A DNA stretch of 64,000 bases, taken from Conger conger (Eukaryota). Shown here in pieces: positions 27,195 through 38,974 of this stretch. The DNA is taken from the NCBI RefSeq assembly GCF_963514075.1, contig NC_083761.1, positions 49,925,777 to 49,989,776 on the forward strand. Reading direction: 5' to 3'. The number at the start of each line of letters is the position of its first letter. Position 1 is the stretch's first letter. Both the position numbers and the translations under genes were made by a program. Under the pieces are notes generated by a model that saw only the letters and a list, made by a program, of their open reading frames with translations, was not told the DNA's origin and searched no databases.

Positions 27195-27346
27195 CTGAAA
27201 AGCAAGGTTCAAACAATGCAAAATCACATCACCAACGATCGCAAGCAACAAGGGGGATTCTGCAGGGATCAGTTCTCTGCTACAAATGAAGCAAGGGCAT
27301 ATGATCTCTCAGTATGTGCAGTCCTGCAGCCTTGCCCTGTTCTCAC

Positions 27347-27594
27347 CGTGAGAAGCCCTTGGCACAGTGGGGGCAGACGTAGGGTTTCTCTACGCCTCCT
27401 TGGTGGGAGCGCACGTGGTAGCTCATGCGGTCCTTCCGCTTGAAGCGCTGCTGGCAGATGGGGCAGGAGTAAGGCTTCTCATCCGAGTGGGACAGCCGGT
27501 GTCTGTTGAGGTGGTACACGTCCCGGAAGGCCTTCCCACAGGCCTCACACGCGTGGTTCTTACGCACCGGGTTTGGGCTGGGGTTAGCTGCACG
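27347..27594 (-). CDS. MAZ: MAZ exon with zinc fingers 2-4 (RKNHACEACGKAFRDVYHLNRHRLSHSDEKPYSCPICQQRFKRKDRMSYHVRSHQGGVEKPYVCPHCAKGFSR).
   Basis: Near-identical to human KNHACEMCGKAFRDVYHLNRHKLSHSDEKPYQCPVCQQRFKRKDRMSYHVRSHDGAVHKPYNCSHCGKSFSR. ORF is 27343..27567. The donor is CG|gtgaga. Confidence 0.9.
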
Positions 27595-28099
27595 CTGCTA
27601 AGAGAGAGAACATTTACTGGCTTTGGATCTCATGAATGAGCGAGGTGGCGGTGTCACTGACTCAAACAAAGGGCCACAAGCGGCGGGAAGAACAGGATGG
27701 AAAGGAACACTGGCATGGCAAGAGGAGTGGGGAAATTTGGGAAGGGAGAGAGAACAGCGAGTCATGGTGTGAAAAATTGGTTGGCTGGTTGGTTATGGAG
27801 GAGGTCAATAGAGCTTTTGCACCTTAAAAGTTATTTCCTGCATTCTAGGACATTAAAACCACCCAAAAAAAGCGTTCCAGCAATAAGGGCTAAGAACCAG
27901 AAATGGTTTAAGCCAATGATGAAAGTAATTTTCTCTGAACATATAGCCTAATAAAAAGTACTACCAAATACAAATATATACAAAATTATTGGAACAGCAA
28001 AGTCAATTCCTTTTTGCTATACAGTGAAGACAATTGAGTTTGATGTCCAAATTGCAGCTTTTATTTCCTGGTATTTTTTAAACAAGATTTGTTCAACAA

Positions 28100-29160
28100 C
28101 TTGGAACATCATCTTTTGTATCAAACCACCCAATGTTTAGGTGAGCTAAAGTCTTGGAACATTGACTGAGGTGTTTCTTGTTGCCCAGATGTGCCTTGGA
28201 TTTTTTCTGTGAAGACTGCATTTGTGTTAGAAAAGATAAACCAACAGAGAGCTGTCTTTGGGTGAAAAGCAAGCCATTTTGAAGAGGGGAAATCGATCAG
28301 ACCCATTGCACAAGCATTGAAAAAGAAAGAAACCGCTGGTGTACTCAGCAACAGAAATCAAACAGGTTGACCAAAAAAAACAACAGCAGTTGATGACAGG
28401 AACATTGTGAGAGCTGTGAAGAAAAACCCCAAAACATCAGTCTGTTACATCACAAACAGGATTGAAGGTACCTCAATCAACCATTCGAAGAAGACTTGGA
28501 GAGTAGTAATATAGAGGCTATACCGCAAGATGCAAACCACTCATCAGTAGTAAGAATCGGAAGGCGAGATTACAATTTGCAATGAAGTACAGAGATAAGC
28601 CACAAAAGTTCTGGAACAACGTTTCATGGACTGATGAAACCAAAATTAACCTGATGGAAAGGCCAAAGTGGAGAAAGAAGGGATCTGCTCATCTGTGAAG
28701 CACGGTGGAGTCATGGCTTGGGCTTGCATGGCTGCTTCTCGAGTGTGCTCAATAATCTTTATTGATGATGTAAGTCATGATTGTAAGTCTACAAAAACAT
28801 TCTGTCTGCAAACTTAGAGAGAAATGCGTCCAAGCTAATTGGGAGGAACTTCATTATGCAGCAAGAAAATGACCCAAAACACACTGCCAACACAACAAAA
28901 GACTTCATTAGGGAGAAAAAGTGGAAGGTTTTAGACTGGCCAAGTCAATCACCAGACCTTAACCCAATTGAGCATGCATTTCACCTCCTTAAGAGGAGAT
29001 TAAAGGGAAAACCCACCCAAAACAAACAACAACTAAAAGAGGCTGCAGTAAAAGCCTGGAAAAGCATCACAAAAGAAGAATGCAAGTTTGGTGATGTCAA
29101 TGGGTCACAGGCTTGATGCAGTTATTGCAAGGAAGGGATATGCTACCAACTATTGAGTGT
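28100..29160 (+). mobile_element. Tc1-like transposon fragment with a degraded transposase, inside a MAZ intron.
   Basis: ORF 28856..29116 is [49 protein letters not shown], the Tc1 DDE C-terminal signature. Upstream frames give the WTDETKINL and HGGGSIMAW-like region with stops. Confidence 0.7.
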
Positions 29161-29349
29161 CATTTACTTTCATTTACTTAAATACTCTCTGTTCCAAAAC
29201 TTTTTCTCACCTTCAATTTGGGAGGTCTAATACCAAAGGTGCTATGTATGAAGCAGTTCAACACATCTCGGTGTAAATAACAGTAAATAAAAGCTGAAAT
29301 TCTGAACTCTTGTCTCTTTTTATCTCAACCCCAAATGTATTCAGTGTAT

Positions 29350-30840
29350 TGCAAAAAAAAGGAATTGGCCTTGCTGTTACAATACTTTGAGGGGACTGTA
29401 TATCATTCCTCTTTAAACCTAATAAAGACCCAACTCTATGCTCAAGCTACCACCCATTATCGCTCATTAACACGGGTATTGAAATTATCAGTAAGGCACT
29501 GCCCATGAGATTAGAAACAGTCCTCCCTTCTATAATACACCCTGATCAGGGTGTATTAAAGGCAGATATTCATCAAGGAACATGCGCTGCCTATTCAATC
29601 TACTCAGTATAACCAATAGATATCTTGTCAATAGATGCTGAAAAAGCATCTGACCGGGTTAATTGGACATTTTTACTTTCCATATTAGAAAGATTTGGTT
29701 TTGGGGAGTCATTTATTCAATTAATTAAAATTCTGTACAACTCGCCAACAGCATCAATAACCACAAATGGTATAATTTCACAACGTTTTACACTTCACAG
29801 GGATACAAGACATCCTTGTCCACTCTCACCCCTATTATTTGCCCTATTTATTGAACCCTAGCAACTGCCAAGACACCAAACCCACTGGTATCACCACCCT
29901 GAACACAACCCATAAGGTCAGCCTATATGCAGAAGACCTATTACTATATACACAAAATCCTGTAACATCACTTCCAGCTATTTTTGTTTTGGACATTTTC
30001 TACCATCCCTGAATATTCAACTGGTCAAAATCCATTATTCTCCCAGTTAACCAGGACCAGTGGAATGCTGTGAACCCCAATCTCTCACTTAACATCCCTA
30101 CAGGTAACATTTGGTATCTCGGCATTGATATGTCCTCCAACCTTTTAGAGTTGTTTGAACTGAACTTCATGCCAAGTCTAAAGACCAGAGGAAATCATTT
30201 AAACTGTTGGAATAACTTATCACTCTCACTTGCTGGCTGCATAGCTGTAGTGAAAACGTCAATCCTACCAAGAATCCTACCATCTTTTTTCTCCCATCCT
30301 TCCAATATCTAATTTAATCTAAAAGAAAATTACTGGAAAAATAAACAACCAATAAAACTCTCAATACTTAAAGCAAGCTGCCTGGTGGCTTAAATGCCCC
30401 AAACTCTTTTCATTACTACTTAGCTCATCAGTTACAGTACATAATGAAATGGATATATTCAGACAAGACCCTTGGCTCTAAATTGAACAGTCAGTATGTG
30501 AAAAACTCTCCATTAAAGACCTACTATTCTTGTCCCAATCAATCAAAAAACATAATTGCTATAAGACCATCGCCATTTCAACAACTCTGGAAGCTTGGTG
30601 AAAAATCAGTAAGATCACTTAATTTCTTAATCAATAAGACCACCTTCATATTTAACTCATGGAAAAGTAAAGGAATTACCCACATACAACACCTATTTGA
30701 AAATGATGGATTCTTAACCATCCAAAGAACTATGATATCACCCAAGAAAACGTACAGTATCTCCCACTTAAGAACACACTTAAAAATAAAATACAACTTT
30801 CCAACAATAATCTGCAACCACCGCCATTAATAGAAAACAT
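29350..30840 (+). mobile_element. L1-like non-LTR retrotransposon fragment (RT and ORF2 C-terminal region).
   Basis: ORF 29625..29861 is IDAEKASDRVNW..., with RHPCPLSPLLFALFIEP corresponding to L1 RT motifs (IDAEKAFD; GTRQGCPLSPLLF). ORF 30444..30830 continues with a further L1 ORF2-like sequence. Confidence 0.6.
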
Positions 30841-30867
30841 AGCATCCATTCCAACATTAAAGAAACC

Positions 30868-31099
30868 TAAGCTGTGGGGTGGCCTGTAGCGTAGTGGTTA
30901 AGGTAAATTACTGGGACACCCAAGGTTGGTGGTTCCAATCCCGGTGTAGCCACAATAAGATCCGCACAGCCGTTGGGCCCTTGAGCAAGGCCCTTAACCC
31001 TGCATTGCTCTAGGGGAGGATTGTCTCCTGCTTAGTCTAATCAACTGTATGTCGCTCTGGATAAGAGCGTCTGCCAAATGCCAATAATGTAATGTAATA
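30868..31099 (+). mobile_element. Complete tRNA-derived SINE with a LINE-shared 3' tail (HpaI/SmaI-like family).
   Basis: The tRNA-like head (ggcctgtagcgtagtggttaaggt ... ggttccaatcccgg) has A/B boxes. The tail is gtcgctctggataagagcgtctgccaaatgcc(aatgt)n. The same tail is found at 3781-3850 (the LINE), 14040-14160 and 15700-15760. Confidence 0.75.
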
Positions 31100-31269
31100 A
31101 GCTATCTAAACTATAAAAACTCATATCACCAAAATAAAAACAAAAACAAATACCTACTCAATGTCGAAAAACTCCCGATTACAGCTAATTCAGTATAAGA
31201 CTATGCACAGAACACACATCACCAATTGCAGAATGCACCTCATGGGCTTCACCAATACAGATATCTGTC

Positions 31270-31450
31270 CACAATAATAAATGGTTGCCATTTATATAGT
31301 ACCTTTATCCGAAGCGCTATGCAATTTATGCTTCTCATTCACCCATTCACACACACTCACACACCAACAGTAATTGGATGCCATGCAAGGCACCAAACAG
31401 CTCGTCAGGAGAAATTGGGGTTAGGTCTCTTGCTCAGGGACAATGCATCC
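31270..31450 (-). mobile_element. Partial copy of the second tRNA-derived SINE family (tail ...cgctttggataaaggcgctatataaatgccaacc...).
   Basis: Homologous to the complete copies at 42785-43047 and 62287-62560 (minus sense) and to the 3' half at 44455-44652 (plus sense). Confidence 0.65.
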
Positions 31451-32269
31451 TCAACACAATAGATTGTTATTATCACTCTTTTTGGTAATGTACACCAACC
31501 CAAAATGTCTGGCAAACTGTAAGAGTTGAACTCTCCAAATTTCTGGGTCACAACATTCCATTGTCCCCATCTCTTTGCCTTCTAGGAGACCACACACCCA
31601 TCAGTCATCTTCACAAATATCACAAACTCATACATACCTTGACCATAGCCAAAAAACAATACTCATGAACTGGAAATACAGGCATAAACTTGCAATGGCT
31701 TAATTTGGTAATAGACTATCTCTCAATGGAATGAATCACAGCTGAATATAATAAACAATCCAAAGAATTCAGTGATACCTGGGAACCTCCTCATAAATCT
31801 GAACCCCCCCCCCCCCCCCCGGCATTCCTTTCTTTCCTTCTTTTTTTGTTATCCATTACCACCATGCATCTGCTTTATAATTATTATGATTTTTGTATTA
31901 TTTGTTATTAGTTATCACTTATTATTCACAATTATTACCAATATTATTATTGATAATGATTATTATTACTGTTACTGTTATTATTTGTTATTAGTAATAT
32001 TACTCTCACCATTAATGATTATCATTGTAACTTATTACAATTAATTATCATTATTATTATGATTGACGATTATTATTACTTCTGAACTGCCATACAATGG
32101 TTCTGAGGCGGTCTGAGGCAAGATGTTTCTGTATACTGCGGCATTCATCCTGCTGCTGCTATCGGCACCAGTAAACACCAGTGAAGTGAGCCAGTTCCAG
32201 TGGCAGCCATACAAGCCCAAGCTATAAAACTAGGTAGTGGTAAGCTTTGAATCATGAGCTGTTTTTTTC

Positions 32270-32560
32270 CTCCACTTTCCTCTTTCCGTCACTCTGGTAC
32301 AGGTTGATCTTTGTCTCATCATTCCATAACACTACAGGTTCCACAACTCTATAGGTTTTTTAATGTCCATTCTATTCTTGAGGTTTGCCAGGGTTTTACA
32401 TCTTGTGGTGAACCTAGGTTATGCTAGTGTAGTCTTCTCTTTATGGTTGTCTTTGACACATCTATGCCTACATCCTGGAGAGTGTTAATGATCTGTTGAA
32501 TGTTGAACAGTTACCATGGGGTTTCAAGGATTCTTCAGTCATACACTACGGTTCTATTTC
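32270..32560. mobile_element. Tc1 family-B internal fragment.
   Basis: Homologous to 7261-7700 and 17990-18180. Confidence 0.5.
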
Positions 32561-33364
32561 ACACCGAATTCGTGATCTAAAAGAATACAATTTGCAAATC
32601 GCAAAGGCTGCGATTTTTTATTATATAAATTAGTGTTTAGACTATTAAATTACGTTGCATGGTTTGCCTCAGGACGCTTCTGAACATCATGAACTCAGTT
32701 TGACAGGCAAGGGCAAGCTGGATACTTATCAGCAAAGGCTGCATGATGTGTCTCAAAGTGCCTCTTGAGAGGTGTGCCTTCTCAGCGTTAAATAAGCATT
32801 TTTAATAGCTACCAAACGTTACTAGAAGCACTTATAAAATAATTTATAACCATTTATCTTTGGCTTGTGTTTAAAAGTCGGCTATTAGTAGCGGACTGAT
32901 CCTGCGTTGGTTTTGATTTTGAGTGAACTTATCATTGAGACATGGGAAATAAGTTCATAAAACGTAGCGTTGCTAAAATAATTTGCAAAGACACAAGAGA
33001 AAAGTGTAATTTAGTCTCACTTTGAAAAAATAAAAGCACTCAACAGTGACCGTCTGATGTCGTAGTAGCCGCGCTATGATGCCCCCTTAAGGAACTTGAA
33101 ATTGTCCACTCTCTACTACCCATCATGTGGTGCTTTTCTGTGATCTTATGTTCTTATAGCCACAGTATTGTGTGGCAAAACTGTACTTTCATGTTGCTAA
33201 AATGTTTAGAGAAGGCTTTAAGTTATCAAAAGATTTTAATGTGAACCTTTGATTTTTCCAATTCAAAAGTGAACTGAAGATTTATTTTTAATCAATGTTT
33301 ACATATCAGTTCATATTGCAATCACAATATTGCTTTGAAAAATCGCAAGTCATTTTCCCAATTT

Positions 33365-33826
33365 GTTCAGCCCTATCACACACTACACTTCCGTGGTCTA
33401 CTAGGTAATTTGCCATTGTTGAGCTCACCAGTGCATTCTTGCTTCTTATCAATATACCAAACAGTTGATTTTGACATACCTATTTTTTTGGCAATGTCTC
33501 TGATTTATTTATTCTGATTTTTCAGCCTTATGATGGCCTGCTTTACTGGCATTGACACATCTTTGGTCCTCATGTTGAGAGACAACAGACTCCCAAATGA
33601 AAATGGCACTCCTAGAATCAACTCTAGCTTTTTAATGCATGAACTAATGATGAAAAAAACCTGCTACAATTTCTACACTGTTCACCCAATATAGATGCAA
33701 CTCTCAAATGAGCTAAAAGCCTGCACTCTAATTCCATAGCCATTGCTGTATGTGTACTTGCTGGAGTACAGAGCCAAAACGCCAAAAAAATGTGTCACTG
33801 TCCAAATGCTTACAGACTGCACTGTA
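33365..33826. mobile_element. Tc1 family-B 3' half.
   Basis: Ends with ...gtccaaatgcttacagactgcactgta, the family-B TIR. Its internal region is homologous to 18100-18240 and 49600-49750. Confidence 0.6.
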
Positions 33827-34153
33827 CCTGTGAAATGTGAATATAAACCGTACCTGAGGCACTTCATCAACACAAGAGCATTACATTTGTTATAACATTG
33901 AAACTGAAATCATGCCCATGTATTCAGCAACGGTGCAGTGCAATTTGTGTGTGTTCTTTTTGTTTTTTATTTTTTACCTCTCGCCTTATTGTCTCTGCAG
34001 GGTTTGTGCTGAAGGAAGATTGCAGAATGTTGTGTTCTTGAGTGCACACAGCACCAATAAAGCACATTAAATGGAAACATTAATGAAGCATAATTGCTTC
34101 TTAAGCAGCTGGGTTTGGATTTACATTTTGACATCTGAAAAGTGAAAACGCAC

Positions 34154-34542
34154 CTGTACCGTTGCCCCAGCGATTACTACAGCAGCAGGAGGAGGAGGTG
34201 GGCCAGCCATGGTAACATTAGCTGTGGTGACTGACATGGCAACCACTTCACCTTCTTGATTTCCTAGAGCAGATGGATGAGGAACTGACATGGCAGGAGG
34301 GGGAAGAGGAGGAGGAACAGAGAGATGGAGTAAGGAGAGAGGTACAGTCTGTCTCTCCACTCGTCCGACTGCTGCTGCCGCTCCTTCCTTCATTCCTGCC
34401 TCCCTCTCTCTGGCAGCTTTGTCCTTCATACGGATTCCTGTGTGGACTGACTGGTGGCGCCGCAGGTTGTAGCTGTTCTTGAACTGCTTGTTACAAAGGG
34501 GGCAGATATGGGCAGCTCGAGCAGGCCGAGACACTGGCTTTG
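34154..34542 (-). CDS. MAZ: MAZ exon carrying the first C2H2 zinc finger (HICPLCNKQFKNSYNLRRHQSVHTG) and a Pro/Ala-rich linker.
   Basis: Matches human YICALCAKEFKNGYNLRRHEAIHTG followed by ...MVPLSLLSVPQL. ORF is 34121..34534. The acceptor is ctcag|CA and the donor is ACAG|gtgcgt. Confidence 0.85.
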
Positions 34543-34705
34543 CTGAGCGAGAAAAAGAGGGATACAGAGATAGAGATTTTATGTGGTTTACCCTGAGAAA
34601 TAACTGCTCTATGGATTATATTGTTAAAGGCAATTACTATGCTATGCAATTTCACTCTGCAGTGTCTTCCACCACACTCTCTCCATTAAGCCCTGCCCCG
34701 CTCAC

Positions 34706-34856
34706 CTGGTAAAGGTTCCTCATTCAGAGCAGCAGTGTCCACTGTGGAAGGAGGTGGGGCTATGTGCTCTGTGGGTGGATTCTGGGCAGAGCCTGTGAGC
34801 ACTGGGAGGAGGTCTGATTGGAGAGTCGCTTCCACTTGGGTTTGAGTGGGCGTATT
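34706..34856 (-). CDS. MAZ: MAZ exon encoding NTPTQTQVEATLQSDLLPVLTGSAQNPPTEHIAPPPSTVDTAALNEEPLP.
   Basis: Contains the MAZ N-terminal motifs (LQVDLLPVLAAAQE ... STVDTAALKQPP in human). The acceptor is ttctcag|AAT and the donor is CCAG|gtgagc. Confidence 0.7.
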
Positions 34857-35224
34857 CTGAGAAACAACAAAGGAGGTGGAACTGTCACCAGAGATGCTTA
34901 GAAACCTTGCTACCAAAAAAATAAAAAAATAATAAAAAAACGAAGACAAGTCAAAATTAAAAACAGTCACTCTGACCACACCTGCTGTAGCAACTGTGCT
35001 TTTCACTCCAAGTATGTTCTGGTACATAACTGCAACTTGGTCCTTTAGCTAAGTATTGAAATCACGAAGTTATGAGTTATACTGATGACAAAGTTCTCAT
35101 TTGACAATAAGCAGTGAAAGGGTAAATGAACGGCGCTGTCCTGGGAGGGGGGAAGGGGATGACCACTAGGCTTACGAACTGTACAGTCTAAATCTAAGAC
35201 ATACTCACAGTGTCAGTAACTTAC

Positions 35225-35257
35225 CTGAAACAGAAAATTACTCCAAGCAGCATCCAT
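35225..35257 (-). CDS. MAZ: Candidate MAZ first coding exon, with ATG at 35257-35255, encoding MDAAWSNFLFQ.
   Basis: An ATG followed by an open frame and a strong donor CAG|gtaagt. It joins in frame to the next exon (NTPTQTQVEATLQ...). No strong homology is visible for this short N-terminus. Confidence 0.4.
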
Positions 35258-35519
35258 TTTGAACCACAACGTTGAAGAAAATAATCGTCCTTATAAAACT
35301 ATTTATACAATGAACAATATCAGCAAAGCCGATATATCCTACTTAACTAATGGTATATAGCCAACAGATCTTAATGAAATCGAGATTGATGATAATCGCC
35401 CTGTTCAAAATGACCTAACTTAAGTTAACGTTAGCTTGCTATCTTATGGCGGTAGCTATAGAGCAGATACTAATATATATGTAATTTGCAATAAATTCTG
35501 TTTCATCAAAATGCACGTA

Positions 35520-35880
35520 GTTCCTTGTTTGCATGTATTAGCTTATAGCTAGCTAGCTAATACGATGCAATCACTTTCAACGGAAAGCTAGCTACATATA
35601 ACTAACCAGCTAACATTAGCTACCTAGATGTTGACAATCTTGTTGCTAGCTAGGTGCTACGTTTTGGTTTGAACACTTAGCTAGGTGGTTAGCAAGCTTA
35701 TTTACTGACTGAAACGCACATAATCCCCGTATACACTAGCTAGTCAACACTATAATATTAGTTAACTTAATTGTAGAATTTCTATATAGCTAGCTACTCG
35801 AAATCACAGTAACTGTTAGCTAGCTAGCTAATCATGCAACAAAACAAAATCTGATTAGCTATTAATAAAATGGCTAGCTA
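35520..35880. repeat. Degenerate (AGCTAGCT)n palindromic microsatellite-rich segment between MAZ exon 1 and its candidate promoter. Similar tracts lie at 11560-11760, 12570-12690 and 43700-43750.
   Basis: Repeated agctagctagctaa / tagctagctagc motifs. Confidence 0.7.
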
Positions 35881-35989
35881 AATATATTTTGAAGACATTA
35901 TTTCAACGCTAATTGTAAGTACTGATTCGAAAACGTATTACAGAACAATAGTTAATTTAGTTTTTATTTTGTTTTCCTTAATAGGCCAA

Positions 35990-36360
35990 GCGAGTCGAAG
36001 CCTCGGGATTGCGTTCAGTCCTGGCCTCAGCTAGAGCGCTCCCACTCGGCCGCAGTTCGACGTTCCACACCGGGTGTTAAATTGAGATGACATCTTTCTT
36101 TTTTTTTTCTATCTCTCTCTCCCTCCCTTTCTCTTTCTTCCTTTTCTTTTTTTAATTTCTTGTTTTTCTCCCCCCTCCTCTATTTCTCCTCACCGTTATG
36201 TCCCACTCGTGTTTAAAGGGAAGGTATTTGGTTGTACACCCCCCCCTCCCCTTTCTTTCTCGACCGTGTATACTAGTGTGCCCGGCCGTCGTTTTCTTTG
36301 TCCCCCCTCCCACTTACAGTTTCGGCCGACTTAAATTTTATAAACAAAATGCTGCTTAAG
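35990..36360 (-). promoter_or_regulatory. MAZ: CpG-rich segment next to a long polypyrimidine tract (polypurine on the minus strand, GGGAGGG-like) upstream of MAZ. It is a candidate MAZ promoter and 5'UTR.
   Basis: CpG cluster (cgagtcgaagcctcggg, cggccgcagttcgacg) followed by a ~230-bp CT-rich tract. It lies ~700 bp 5' of the candidate MAZ ATG on the same strand. Confidence 0.3.
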
Positions 36361-38296
36361 CCGCAACAAACTAAAAAAAAACCCAGTTTCGAACAGTTGT
36401 GCCAAACAGCCACATACTGTTAAATGCATTTTGCCAGTATTAGCTATATACGGACCATAATGCAGACGGTTTATAGAATCACATTTACCGACACAATGTA
36501 CGCATATTAAAGGAAAAAGAGATGCACAGGCGCAGTGTTGTATTCGGGTACTAGGGGATTTAGCGACGTCAAAATGACAGTAGCACTGTGATGTTTAGCT
36601 AGGTATGCCGAATATAGTGGTAGCCTATACGTAATTACATGCACATCACATACACTATAGAAATTTATCCCGGCAGCCAGTCAGTATTTTTATTAATTTA
36701 ATTCAATTCATGGTGCATATCCTTTTTACTACATGCAGATCCACTCAAACTAATAAAAACAAAAAAGGTAGGCTACTACACACACAACATGAGAAATTGC
36801 AACTTTGGCTCATAGATTGTGTTTATTGTGGCTTCATCATTTACCATACTTTGAAACATTCAAAAGTTTAACCGCATGACTGAAGCACTGCACCAAACGG
36901 CTTAAAAGCTTAAACTTTATCTGTATATTAATTCATATACTCCCAAATAAAGTACATCTTAGGAAATAAATACATTGAAAGATCAGCATGGCAAAAAACA
37001 AAACAAACTTGGACTTATCTATAAAATCATTATAGAATGATTTCTCAACAAAATGCTGTTTAGGAGAGATGGTACTAGTCCTGGAGCCCTGGATGAATTC
37101 AAGTGATTATGAGAGATTCTGGACTGTGACCATGAAGAAATGGAGTGGTCAAATCTTTCTGAAAGGCCATTCCCATTTAAGCAAAGTCTGAATACTGTAA
37201 TGAGAAATAAGAACACACCCAAATTTGCATTGTGGCACACAAGCAGAAGCCAGTCCATTCCAAATGGTCCCCGTATGAATCCAATATCTTTGCAGACAAT
37301 CTGTATTTGATTGTGAGCAATTTGGTCTTTTCATGATGGGTGCGCATGTGTAGGATTGTATTTTTGATGCCATTTTCCCAAACTATATTTATGTTCCTCA
37401 GTGACAAATGTGACGCTAAAAGTACAAATGCATGTGTACTGTAATAACTGCATTTTGTTGTCATCACATGATCTAAAACAAAACAAACATGCCCAGAACA
37501 CCTACTTATAATATCAACCAAACAGAATTATCATGAAAAGAACAGCAACAACAAAACTTCAAATAACAGTAGTCTTTCGCTATAATTTGGGCCTGAAGAG
37601 AGGCTGAACTTAATCCGGATAAGGGGGGGTTAATAAACAAATAAACAATAAAAAAGTTACAAATTAATCTATCTAAACTGCAATATGGTAAAGTGGGCAC
37701 ACAATTGGCAATTTTCACAGTTTACATTAGAAAAGCATGATAATAATGTCAAGTCTTCCCATTTGTATAACATTTCTACATTCTCATCCTTAAACTGTTT
37801 TAAAAGTTTCAGTAAAATTGTACTTTTACATTGCAAATGAATAGACTGTGGCATATCTTCAGTAAACTTTTCTTTGAAAATAATTTGAAGAGTAACCAAT
37901 TGTTCATCCTACAATAACTAGCGAGTACTCTTAAATGTGTAGAGGCTGTCAGCACATGGAACTCCACAAATATTATGGATTGTCATGGAGAATGTGATAA
38001 CTAGATTAGCTTGAACATTGTAGCACTTCAAAAGAATAAATTCACTCTCAAATTATGCCATAAAACAAGACTATACTCCTCTAGTGGTCATTCAGAAATA
38101 AATACTTACAGTATAATTTTAAATGGTCCCGATATTTTCTCCATCCTGCCTCTCACAAAAACTCAATTTTGTTCCTTCTACTACATAACCATGCCTATTC
38201 AATGTATTGGCCTTTCCATACATTTTAATCTCATTCCCCATCCCCCTTATCTACCCAACTGTCCACTGCTTTTATTATTTTCCCCATACCCCTCTT

Positions 38297-38442
38297 TCAC
38301 TCAGTCTTGCCCCTTTGCTTCTCCCTGTCAGCAAGATCAATGGCAGCCATGTTCCTGGAAGCAGTGATGAGATGCAGCAGGCTGATCCCAGATTTCAGGG
38401 CACATATCACCCCACATACTACCAGCAGTCCCTGTAGCCACA
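38297..38442 (-). CDS. CDIPT: CDIPT terminal coding exon encoding VWLQGLLVVCGVICALKSGISLLHLITASRNMAAIDLADREKQRGKTE, with a stop at 38297.
   Basis: Matches human GLWVTAPIALLKSLISVIHLITAARNMAALDAADRAKKK. The acceptor is ttctccag|TG. The total CDS is 213 codons, the same length as the human protein. Confidence 0.85.
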
Positions 38443-38974
38443 CTGGAGAAGAAGCAAAAGAACATACATGTATGGAAAGGGAGCCACATATTAACACACA
38501 CACTTAATAAATAGGAGGAAGAGGATCCTGAGGTAAATATCCTGTTACTCTTCAGAGAGGCACTGTGTGCGAGTATGTGTCTTGTTTACCTCAACATAAT
38601 ATATACTGCCCATTTTCAACCTGATAACTAGCAAATGATTTTAGTTAAACACTACACTTACATTTAGCACAGCAACTTGCTTAAGTGCATACATATACAT
38701 TTAGGCAACAAACAGTGTTGATAGTAGACTATAATGATAGAGTATAATCTAAACAATGTTCAGACTTTTCAAAAACCACCAGTGAACATGTCGCCAAACA
38801 CCGTAATCATTACATTACATTAGTCATTTCCATTAATAAGTATAGTCAATACAAATTCCATGTCCTTTTCATTTGGACAAAAAGACAAAAGATGATGAAA
38901 CTACGTAAAAAATGTCCTTTTCTGTCCAAAATAGAATTGAAATATACAATTGAAATATTCTGACATGGCAAAAC

